Assembly: GCF_964194025.1 (NCBI RefSeq) | Contig: NC_134482.1 | Span: 22,692,001-22,756,000, forward strand | Length of the DNA: 64,000 bases | Reading direction: 5' to 3' | From: Convolutriloba macropyga | Taxonomy: Eukaryota | Shown: in pieces, positions 25,720 through 36,446 of the stretch | How positions within the stretch are numbered: position 1 is the first letter of the stretch | Layout of the letters: every line of letters starts with the position of its first letter | The notes under the pieces: model-generated | Told to the model about the DNA's origin: nothing | Seen by the model: only the letters and a program-made list of their open reading frames with translations | The model's database searches: none | Made by a program: the position numbers and the translations under genes

Positions 25720-26635
25720 CAATGTTATGGTAATGATAGTGTTTATAACAAACAGAGGACCCCCGTATCAGATGATGGCACAGCATTGTCGAAGACCCAT
25801 AGTGATGATGCTGATGATATAATATTTAGTATAACCAAAGAAAGAGATAAACCCAACTCACTATGTAGATGTGGAAAGGTAAGCAATGTTGGAGATAAGT
25901 CAAGAGGGAACTCCCTTTCACCAAAGACCTCCGGTCTTGTCTCACCAAGGACCTCCGGTCTTGTCTCACCAAAGTCCTCTGACCTTGTCTCACCCATCAA
26001 TGAGGAATCTAATTTACTGATTGATGTTAATGGTAGCCTACAATCAAGGCTGAATAATCCGAATATAAATTTTGCTGCCATAATCCCAGAAAATTTCAGA
26101 TGTATAATATCTGGTCCTAGTGAATGTGGAAAGACATTCTTATTAAGGAATTTGGTCCTACTGGTAATTTATATAATGATCTAGAGTTTTATGATGGTGA
26201 AGAATGGTCGAAGTCCCATATTGTATTATTAAAGATATAAAAGAATTACCCCCACCCGATAAACTACCTGAAAACTTAAATAAATTAAATATACTTAAGG
26301 ATGTTGACGCTAGGGAACAATTTATTAAAGAATACTTCCATAGAGGTAGACACAGTAATTGTAATATGATATATCTTAATCAAAATTTATTCTCATTAGA
26401 TAGGCAGAGTGTTAGAGAGAGTTGTAATAAATTTGTTCTAATTCGTCAAAGGGGTCATGTACTTCAAACAATACAAAGAGATTTCCTTAATGATGATGAA
26501 AATAAATATAAAGATTTTAGTAAAATTTGTAAAAAGGTATGGAAAGCCCCTTATAATTATCTTGTTCTCGATGAATCTAAAAATAGCAATGTTAATGGTA
26601 GACTAAGAATTAATTGGGATAAGAGAGTTTTATAG
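25720..26635 (+). pseudogene. A32-type packaging ATPase 2 (frameshifted)
   Basis: FRCIISGPSECGKT Walker A, then YFHRGRHSNCNMIYLNQ and SVRESCN motifs and C-terminal APYNYLVLD. Split into two ORFs with no in-frame ATG before Walker A. Confidence 0.88.
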
Positions 26636-26649
26636 TTTAATTAAATTTA

Positions 26650-27145
26650 TGAGTAAGTTTAAGTGTAAGTGTAAGTATAAGTGTATGAGTAAGTGTAAGT
26701 GAATAAGTAAAGTGTAAGTGTAAGCGTAAGTGTAAGTGTAAAGGTAAGTCTAAGTGTAAGTGTTAGTCTAAGTGTAAGTCTATAAGCAAGTATGAGTATA
26801 AGTCTATAAGTAAGAATGAGTATAAGTCTAAGTCTATAAGTAAGTATGAGTATAAGTCTATAAGTAAGTATGAGTATATGTCTAAGTGTTAGTCTAGTCT
26901 AAGTCTAAGTCTAAATCTATTAGTAATTAGGAGTATAAGTCTAAGTGTAAGTCTAAGTCTAGGACTATGACTAAGTCTAAGTCTAAGTCTAAGTCTATGA
27001 CTATATCTATGACTATAAGTCCATGACTATGTCTATGTCTCTGACTATGAATATGTCTATGACTATGTGTATGACTAAGTCTATGACTATGACTATGACT
27101 ATGTACAAATCTATGGCTAAGTCTATGACTATGACTATGACTAAA
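26650..27145. repeat. Hexanucleotide-period microsatellite between convergent genes
   Basis: The unit grades from AAGTGT through AAGTCT/AAGTAT to ATGACT. Confidence 0.9.
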
Positions 27146-27146
27146 T

Positions 27147-28045
27147 CTAAATCAGATGCAAAGTTAAACTCAATACATCACCTTTAAAAGCTATAGGTCT
27201 TACATGCTCATCTTTAATATGAAATTGAATATATTCTATTCTATCCTTTGTTACATTTTGATATAAGAGAATAGTTGGTATAAAATGTATCAAGTAACCT
27301 TGTAGTTCAAATAGAGTAAAAGTATATAGTATGTCTGTGTTATTACCATTATCTTTAACACCAGATATCACATTACAATGAATGTTATTAGTACTAAAAC
27401 CCATAATATCAATAATCTTTTGAGATGTATATTTACCTTGTTTATGAACTACTTTTCTAATTCCTAGTAATGAAGCTATTGAGTTTTCTACATCAAAGCT
27501 AAGTGCACCTTGTTTGATTTCCATTTTCCATTTCATTGTATTCATATCGGGTTCTATTATAACGTTACCCTCAGTTTCTACTTTTATTAATTCTGCTATT
27601 TCAGTTAATTCATATGCACTCGGTGTAATAGTTGAATATAACAATTGGATTCCCTTATAATTATAATTAAGGACAGATGTATTGGTAGAGTCAGTGTTAT
27701 TGTTAGTGTTAGAGTCTGTGTTAGTGTTAGTGTTAGTGTTAGTGTTGAGTTAGAGCTAAGAGGTTCTGCTAAAGCATGGGGCTTCTTTCTTTCATCTTCA
27801 TCACCATCACCATCTAAAACCGTAGAAGCATATAAAAATTGATTGTTTCCTCTATTCACATTAAACACTGAGTTATAAACCGATAATCTAATTAACCCTA
27901 ACTTTGTTGTATTAAGTATAGGTTCACCAAAGTTAAATTTTTCTGTTGGCTTTATCACTCTAAAGTTAAGTTTGTGTTCTTCTTTAGTTTTAGTTAGAGC
28001 TTCATGTATCTTTTGTAGTTCCCATAAGATTAAGTTGTCTGACGT
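27147..28045 (-). pseudogene. Minor capsid (penton, single jelly-roll) protein
   Basis: N-terminal LSVYNSVFNV..NNQFLY; C-terminal IHCNVISG..NG..ILYTF...YQNV...I..I.FHIKDE..RPIAFKGDVLSLTLHLI, typical of Polinton pentons. One frameshift near 27640; in-frame ACG at 28045 after TATAAAAA. Confidence 0.8.
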
Positions 28046-28218
28046 TTTTTATACTCAAAAATTAAATTATATTTATAGCTATGGTGAAACACGGGCGAAG
28101 CCCATATTTATAACCATATTTATAGTCATAGTTAAAGCTATAGTTATAAACATAGTTATAGTTATTTTTGTTGTTATAGCTAAAGTCTTAATTATAATTA
28201 AATTTTTGTTTTATAAAA

Positions 28219-29452
28219 ATGGACTTTAGTTTGGATACAACTTATGGTTATAATAATGATATACACAGAAGTAAGATTATAAAATATAAGCCAATAGTCT
28301 AGCAACATTGAATACAGTCAATGCTAACATTAATATCATACTCAATAGAGAAGAGAATCGTTTAAATATACATGATTCATATCTGGAGATAGAGTTTGTT
28401 GTATCAGGTGCTGCTGGTGGCGTATTTGCTAATAATGCCAATATCAGATTAGTTAACTAAGGTATGATGGCATTGTTTAGTTCAATTATGCTTGAAACTA
28501 GTGGTGGTAGGACTATTGAATATATAGGTCATTGTCATCCTAATCTATTAATGTATAGGTCATTAACTTGTACTGGTAGTGAATATGAGAGTGGTTTTGT
28601 TAGAGGTCATGACATAAGAGATAGTCAACTCAAAGGTGATCATGCTGCCTGCTGCAAATAGGTCATATGTATATGATGGTTAAGATGAGTGATCTATTTG
28701 GTTTTGTAAATGATTTAGAAAAAGTTATATATGGGCTAAGATTTAAACTAATATTAAAAATTAATAATAATGATAGAGCTCTATATAGAGTTGGTGCTGG
28801 TGCTCATGCAGTAGCTAATGATGTTAATATAGAAATTAGAGGTATATCATAGTGTGCGCCTAGTATTGATCCTAGTAATGATAAAATATTTATTGTACAG
28901 AAAGGATTAAATAAAAAGAATAATATTGACTTCAGTTATTATGAAAGAAAAACATTTTACAAGAATGTACCCAATGCCACTAACTTCTTATTTGATCTCG
29001 GTGTGGAAAGTGATATGGAAAGACTCCAATACATAATAATTGGTTTTGAAAATAATAATGTTAATGATGCAAGCACATTTGATATATTGATTGTTACTGA
29101 ATGTCATTGTAAGATTGGTAGTGAATTTTATCCTGAGGATACAATGAATATTAATTATGGTGCTAATAATTATAATGATTCTTTCAACGAGAATGTTAAT
29201 TTTAATAAAGATTATAATAGATTATCTCATAATATTAAACCATATATAAATCATAGAACATTCAAAAGTAGTTATAGATTATATGTATTTGATACTAGAT
29301 ATGAAAATAATCATATAGGTCCACAACCAATACAACTTAGTTGTAAATTTAGTGCTGCAGTTGCAAATGTTATATGTCAAGCATTAGTACTAACTAGAAA
29401 GGTTATTAGTGTTAATAGTGATGGTAATAAGATGGTTGATGTAATCTCATAG
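28219..29452 (+). pseudogene. Major capsid (hexon, double jelly-roll) protein
   Basis: ATG after TTATAAAA. Motifs HDSYLEIEF, LVN*GMMALFSSIMLE, DLFGFVNDLEKVIYG, YIIIGF, YVFDTRY; ~410 codons with stops and a frameshift. Confidence 0.85.
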
Positions 29453-29739
29453 TTATATCTAATGGTATAGTCATTGTTATAGTCAAAGTTATTATATAGC
29501 CATTTTATGATATAGTCAATGTTATGATATATTCAATGTTATGTTTTAGTCAATGTTATAGAAAATGTCATAGACGATAACAAAGTTAATGTCATAGTCA
29601 ATTTTATGGTGAAACATGGGCAAAACCCCATTACTCTAGTCATTACTCTAGTCTTAGTGATTATCTTAGTCAAACTATTTCCTACAGAACCTTTATAGTC
29701 TTGACAGAACTATAGTCTTGACAGAACCTTTAGCATAAA

Positions 29740-29886
29740 TAATATCTAATTTCTCTTTATTCTCTAGAGATAAGCCGCTTGCTTTAAGCTTTTAGCCTTA
29801 GTTAATGGTTGTGGTTTGGGCTTTGGCTTGGGTTTAGTCTTAGCTAATGGCTTAACAACAAAGGGATTATACTTTTTAACTTCCAT
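29740..29886 (-). pseudogene. Small Lys/Pro-rich basic protein (possible virion core protein)
   Basis: MEVKSNPFVVKPLAKTKPKPKPKPQPLTKAKSLKQAAYL*. Its ATG is 20 bp from the divergent ATG at 29907. Confidence 0.35.
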
Positions 29887-29906
29887 TATTTTTTATATAT
29901 AGAAAT

Positions 29907-30308
29907 ATGAGTAACTTTAATAAGTTTAAAACTAATTCATGATGTGTAGGTGGTATATATTATAGTGGTACTAATAAAATAAGGGGGGTTGTCAGTTCAA
30001 AAGGAACAAAGATGTTAAAGGATAATTGTGTTATGTGTAGAAGGAATAAATCAATGACTGTCAGTGATGCAACAAAAGAAGCAGAAGGATTGAAAGATTT
30101 CTTTAAAAGTGTTGGTAGAGCAACAGCTAACTTTGGACAGAAAATTGCTACTAACCCAGTAAGAGCATTAGAAATAGCAAGTAAAATAGGAAGTGCAGTT
30201 GCAAGTAGAAACCTAAGAGCTGCTTTATCAGCCACACCTGATTTAATTAAATTTTCAACTACTGGTGAAGGTATAAGAGTGTACAAAAAGGTAGAGGGTT
30301 ATACTTAG
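29907..30308 (+). pseudogene. Small Polinton protein: Zn-ribbon (DUF5679-like) plus amphipathic helix
   Basis: ATG at 29907 is in frame with 30012 across one TGA. MLKDNCVMCRRNKS Zn-ribbon half, followed by EGLKDFFKSVGRATANFG. Confidence 0.55.
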
Positions 30309-30554
30309 TTACTAAGAAAAGGTGATTATTTAGATTAGAGTTTAAATAATAACTTTGTCTATGGCCATGAGTATAACTGTGAATATGACTATGACTATTT
30401 CTATGACCATAAGTGTAAGTCTAGGACTAGATATATCTAATGGTAAATATTAATACTAATATTATTATTACCAAATACATTATTATAACTAAACACTAAT
30501 AACTTTAGTTTAAAAAACACTCAATTTACTTTCCTTGTTCTTCTTATCTTCTTC

Positions 30555-31050
30555 TTACACCTTATCTAATTCATTATATTCATTATTATCTATTTTATTA
30601 TCATTCGTTGATTTAGTATTTAGTTTATTAAACTTATCACTAAACTGTTTACTTAAAAATATACATTTGAGAATACTTTAAAAAATTTTTTCTTATTTTA
30701 GTGTTAACTGTTTTTGATAAAGAACCACAAGCAGTCGCTGTAGCAGAAGCTGTTGGTATAGAATAAGTTAATCCTATGCCTGTTAATGCAACCGATGTTG
30801 ATGTTGCAGTTGTTGCTTTTGATGATAATAGTATTTCTTTTATCTCAGCTATGCTAATATAATTCTTATATCTGCTTAACTTCTTATTATAATTAGTAGT
30901 TTTAGTTTCGAATTAATTTCTAATATCTTTTATAATGTCAATATTATTATTAAATTTATTATTAGCTAGGATTTTATCGTTTAAGTATTGTTCTGAGAAG
31001 TTGTTAATATTGGGGTAAACTAAAGGTGCACTAGATTTAGTTTCGTCCAT
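30555..31050 (-). pseudogene. Polinton accessory coiled-coil protein with Gly/Ala/Thr-rich hydrophobic segment (possibly membrane-active)
   Basis: ATG at 31050 after TATATAAAA. MDETKSSAPLVYPNI...STSVALTGIGLTYSIPTASATATACGSLSK; internal stop. Confidence 0.5.
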
Positions 31051-31228
31051 TTTTATATAGTAAAATATTTTGTTTTACTTAGTCATGGTGAAACATGGGC
31101 GAAGCCCCATAGTCATAGACTTAGACTTATATTTAGTCATAGTCATAGTCGTAGACTTAGTCATAGTCATAGTCTTATACTTATACCTAAACTTCGTCAT
31201 AGACTTATACTTATACTTAGTCAAAACT

Positions 31229-31920
31229 ATATAGTAAAACAACTCTCAATCTCTTTCATTATATCTTCATGATTAAAATCATAATGCATCTCTAGTCTTG
31301 CTTGTTCTTTGTTGTCTACCAGCTTACTTTCTAATAATAAAGCTATTATATATTGTACTATTGTCTATTTATTCTTTATAAGGGCTTCATCTTTAAAAGA
31401 ATTAGTCTTTCCATTAACTTCAAATTCTTTTAGAGCAGTAGTGAACATATCATCTAGCTGTATGTTAGTAGTATTCGGATTAAACTTATTATTATCAAAT
31501 TCTTGTTTTAATTGATTATACTTAGAGATGGTATCTCTAGCAACTTTATTACAAAAATTTACAGTATTTGTTACTTCATTTGCTGATTTAATAAACTCAG
31601 TAATTATTTCTTCATTAACTTGTATTTTGTTTAGTTTTAATGTTTTAGTTGCTTTATCAAAACCACCTTTTCTTAGTTCAATTATGTTTTTACTTTAAAT
31701 GTCGATTTCATTAGAAGAAGATATTAAGTTATTGTCACAAAACTCTTTATTAACAATATCTTTTTCATCTATGGGAGGGTGTACATTTGTAATTTTATAG
31801 TTATCCTTCATGTCAATACTATCAATATCTTCTAGGAATAAACCACGAGCTTTACTTAGTGTTAAGTTGTTTGATGATGCCCCTTGATTTTTTTGTTTGG
31901 TTAAATCTATCTCTTGTCAT
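31229..31920 (-). pseudogene. Polinton accessory protein with fibre/adhesin-stalk-like motif
   Basis: DMKDNYKITNVHPPIDEKDIVNKEFCD resembles the ITNxxxPxxxxDAxxKxYVD motif of trimeric fibre/YadA-type proteins; contains stops. Confidence 0.4.
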
Positions 31921-31972
31921 CTTTGTATTTGTTTACAGAGAGATTTATCTGCAAAGCAGCAACTATGTTGAT

Positions 31973-32915
31973 CTAATTTGTAGCTGACCGAAGGTCAATA
32001 TTTAAAGATTCCAAAACCTTATTATTAGATTCAAAATCAAACTCAGAATTTATTAGTTCCTGTTCATAGTATTTACCTTCTATTATCTCACCATTAATGT
32101 CGTCTATTTTTTATGTTGGTGGTTGGGCTTTTAGAACTTTTTTAACTTTAATAATTCTCTATTCTAGTTAGAAGTGTATCCTTTAGAGAAAATGTTGCGT
32201 TTGTCAGCATTCCTGACATAATCACCGGCTCTAAATTTTGGTTTAATATTAGTTTTATATTGGTGCTTAAAAACGAATGAGTATCTAACTTTATCAGGAT
32301 TATTATAAGCATCAACTGGTGTCATATTAGTTGTTGAATGAATGTTATCGTATAGGTTTTTACTGCATCATTTATTATATTTACACAATTACCATCACCA
32401 GTAATGAACATTGGTTTATTAATTATGTGTAATAGCGTTCAATTAAATCTCTCTATAAACACAGCCTTTAAATCACTGTATGTAGAATATAGTTCTGTTT
32501 CATATTCTTTAAGTAACGAATTAAATGTTCTCTTGTAAAACTCACTTCCTCTATCTACCCATAACTTTTCTGGTTTTCTATGTTTGCCTAATACTATTTT
32601 AGAGCCATTAATTATCGATAAACCAGATTTATTCCTCTATGGAATAGCCCATGCAGATTTTGTGAATATATCAAAAACTGTTAATATATTATTATTATCA
32701 TTATTGTATTTAATTAGAGATGACTTATCAATTCAATCAGCTGACCATGTTTCATCTTTATAAGGGGGTATTATTCTTTCTCTTCTAAAGTTTGTTATTT
32801 GAGGTCTTAATAATTCTTTAGCTAGTAAGGGTTGTTTAGTTTTAATTGAGCCTTGTTGTTTCATTATAGACATTGTCACAGCTTTGCTCATGGACGTGGT
32901 TGTAGGCCTACTCAT
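31973..32915 (-). pseudogene. Retroviral-type (rve) integrase of the Polinton
   Basis: ETWSAD*ID, LTVFDIFTKSAWAIP, KPEKLWVDRGSEFY, KAVFIERFN, HSTTNMTP, FSKGY, EIIEGKYYEQEL; contains stops and frameshifts. Confidence 0.92.
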
Positions 32916-35900
32916 TTACCATAATTAAAAACAACATTTTCTAGTTGTTCTTGATCTATAATATTCATAGATAATAGTGGTTCAGATATTTTTAACATTT
33001 CATAATATAATCCTTCATGACCAGCTTTTGTTTCAGTATAAGTAATTCTAATCTTTCTATTAGACTATCTGCGAAGTTACAGCTATGATTGTCGAGTTGA
33101 TCTTTAGTTAAAACCTGTCATAGTTTTTCTCTATATCCTCTAATATACGTTTTATTGTTCTATATCTACTGCTTGTCTTATCACCTTTTGCTATATCATA
33201 TCCAATATCAAATAAAAACCTTTTAATTTTGTTTTCATCTTCACCGATATCACCAGATGTTACATTTGGGTTAGTAAGAAAGTTAATAAACCTATCTGAA
33301 ATTTCATATATATTATTCTTAGCAATAAATGAATTTTCTTGATAAGTTATTTTGACACCATTCATGTCAAATTCACCAATATCTAAAGTTCCGAACAATA
33401 ATGTTAATTGAAGGTTAGATTGAATTGTCTTTTAACTAATAATATGAGCTGTGTCTTTATCTACTATAATTCCCTATAATTCCTGGTTTATCTTGGGCTT
33501 CCTCTACAGCTTCATTCGACTTCATTAATTCTTCATCAGACTTCATTAATGCTTCATTAAACTGGGAAGGGGCGAAGCTTGCTGGATCATCTTAATATGT
33601 TTACCTAACTCTTGAGTTTGCCAATCTATTGCTCTTAATGTTTGTTCACCTAAGGCTAGTTTCTGTTCATTGTTTGTATTTAGTGCTTTAGTTAAAGGTT
33701 TTAGTTGTTCATGATTAATAATAATCATAGATAATATTTAACAATTAAATGTTTAGATATATTTAACACTTCATCATATAATCCATCATGAACAGCTTTT
33801 GTTTCTAGTATTAGTATTTCTAATCTTTCTATCAGGGAACCTGCTTTGCAGATTAGACTATCTGTGAAGTTACAGCTATGATTGTCGAGTTTATCTTTAG
33901 TTAAACCCCTGCCATAGTTTTTTTCTTTATCCTCTAATAAACGTTTTATTGTTCTATATCTACAGCTTTTCTTATCACATTTTCCAATATCATATCTAAT
34001 ATCTAGTTGAAATCTTTTAATTTTGTTTTCATCTTCCTCGACATCACCATATGTTAGATTTGGGTTAATGAGAAGATAATAAATCCTTCTGAGCATTCAT
34101 ATATATTCTAACTATTATTGGTGTCATATTAGTTGTTGAATGAATGTTATCGTATAGGTTTTTACTGCATCATTTATTATATTTACACAATTACCATCAC
34201 CAGTAATGAACATTGGTTTATTAATTATGTGTAATAGCGTTCAATTAAATCTCTCTATAAACACAGCCTTTAAATCACTGTATGTAGAATATAGTTCTGT
34301 TTCATATTCTTTAAGTAACGAATTAAATGTTCTCTTGTAAAACTCACTTCCTCTATCTACCCATAACTTTTCTGGTTTTCTATGTTTGCCTAATACTATT
34401 TTAGAGCCATTAATTATCGATAAACCAGATTTATTCCTCTATGGAATAGCCCATGCAGATTTTGTGAATATATCTACAACTGTTAATATAAACTTATTAT
34501 TATTATTGTATTTACTTAGAGATGACTTATCAATTCAATCAGCTGACCATGTTTCATCTTTATAAGGGGGTATTATTCTTTCTCTTCTAAAGTTTGTTAT
34601 TTGAGGGCTTAATAATTCTTTAGCTAGTAGTGGTTGTTTAGTTTTAATTGAGCCTTGTTGTTTCATTATAGACATTGCCACAGCTTTGCTCATGGACGTG
34701 GTTGTAGGCCTACTCATTTACCATAATTAAAAACAACATTTTCTAGTTGTTCTTGATCTATAATATTCATAGATAATAGTGGTTCAGATATTTTTAACTT
34801 TTCATAATATAATCCTTCATGACCAGCTTTTGTTTCAGTATAAGTAATTCTAATCTTTCTATTAGACTATCTGCGAAGTTACAGCTATGATTGTCGAGTT
34901 GATCTTTAGTTAAAACCTGTCATAGTTTTTCTCTATATCCTCTAATATACGTTTTATTGTTCTATATCTACTGCTTGTCTTATCACCTTTTGCTATATCA
35001 TATCCAATATCAAATAAAAACCTTTTAATTTTGTTTTCATCTTCACCGATATCACCAGATGTTACATTTGGGTTAGTAAGAAAGTTAATAAACCTATCTG
35101 AAATTTCATATATATTATTCTTAGCAATAAATGAGTTTTCTTGATAAGTTATTTTGACACCATTCATGTCAAATTCACCAATATCTAAAGTTCCGAACAA
35201 TAATGTTAATTGAAGGTTAGATTGAATTGTCTTTTAACTAATAATATGAGCTGTGTCTTTATCTACTATAATTCCCTATAATTCCTGGTTTATCTTGGGC
35301 TTCCTCTACAGCTTCATTGGACTTCATTAATTCTTCATCAGACTTCATTAATGCTTCATTAAACTGGGAAGGGGCGAAGCTTGCTGGATCATCTTAATAT
35401 GTTTACCTAACTCTTGAGTTTGCCAATCTATTGCTCTTAATGTTTGTTCACCTAAGGCTAGTTTCTGTTCATTGTTTGTATTTAGTGTTTTAGTTAAAAG
35501 TTTTAGTTGTTCATGATTAATAATAATCATAGATAATATTTAACAATTAAATGTTTAGATATATTTAACACTTCATCATATAATCCATCATGAACAGCTT
35601 TTGTTTCTAGTATTAGTAATTCTAATCTTTCTATCAGGGAACCTGCTTTGCAGATTAGACTATCTGTGAAGTTACAGCTATGGTTGTCGAGTTTATCTTT
35701 AGTTAAACCCCTGCCATAGTTTTTTTCTTTATCCTCTAATAAACGTTTTATTGTTCTATATCTACAGCTTCTCTTATCACATTTTCCAATATCATATCAA
35801 ATATCTAGTTGAAATCTTTTAATTTTGTTTTCATCTTCCTCGACATCACCATATGTTAGATTTGGGTTAATGAGAAGATAATAAATACTTCTGAGCATTC

Positions 35901-35916
35901 ATATATATTCTAACTA
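32317..35916. repeat. Recent 1802-bp tandem duplication (32317-34114 / 34119-35916) including the 5' part of the integrase
   Basis: Paired ORFs are offset by exactly 1802 bp (32733/34535, 33108/34910, 33546/35348). Near-identical copies with a 4-nt filler at the junction. Confidence 0.95.
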
Positions 35917-36300
35917 ACTAAAAATGCACCCTGCTCTAGAGTTATATCGCCTTTATTCATTTTATAACTCCTAGTAGGTAAATCTACGAGATCTAATTTT
36001 AATTGAAATTGAGGATTAGTTTGAGCCCCCAGCAAATCAAGAATTTTGGTTGTGTTTGTATCAACATAAACTGGTGCTACACCTTGAGTTTCCTCTACGG
36101 CTTCATTGGACTTCGTCCATGCTGATTCTGTTCATTATGGGTATTTAAAGTTTTAGTCAAAGATCAAATAACTCTTTGATTTCACCATAATATTCTTGTT
36201 GTTTTATTTATCTTCTAATATATTTCCTCTGTTTTTTTTCTAGATTGTTTAATTCTATAAGTTTATCTAGTTTAGTATTTTTAGAATTTTTTTATGTATA
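32930..36300 (-). pseudogene. Polinton gene of unknown function present as four partial or complete paralogous copies
   Basis: N-terminal QQEYYGEIKELF..LTKTLN at ~36200. Core NPN.TYGD..EDENKIKRF...RYRTIKR and C-terminal LIERLEILILETKA.HDGLYDEVLNISK recur at ~33000-33400, 33725-34096, 34800-35200 and 35530-35900. Confidence 0.6.
34119..34717 (-). pseudogene. Second, 3'-truncated integrase copy
   Basis: Same motifs and the same ETWSAD* stop as 31973-32915; ends at the duplication junction. Confidence 0.85.
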
Positions 36301-36446
36301 AAGAAAAAATAATTATATTTTATATAAAAATAATATGTACTATGGAAGAGATAATGATATATAATATACTAACTAATAACTACTGATTATTTTTGTATTC
36401 ATATTCATATTCATATTCACATTCAGATTCATATTCATATTCATAT

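Noticed and set aside
28081-31110. GTGAAAC-containing repeats as CRISPR repeats
   Set aside because: The copies are ~1.5 kb apart, separated by whole genes, and there are no cas genes.
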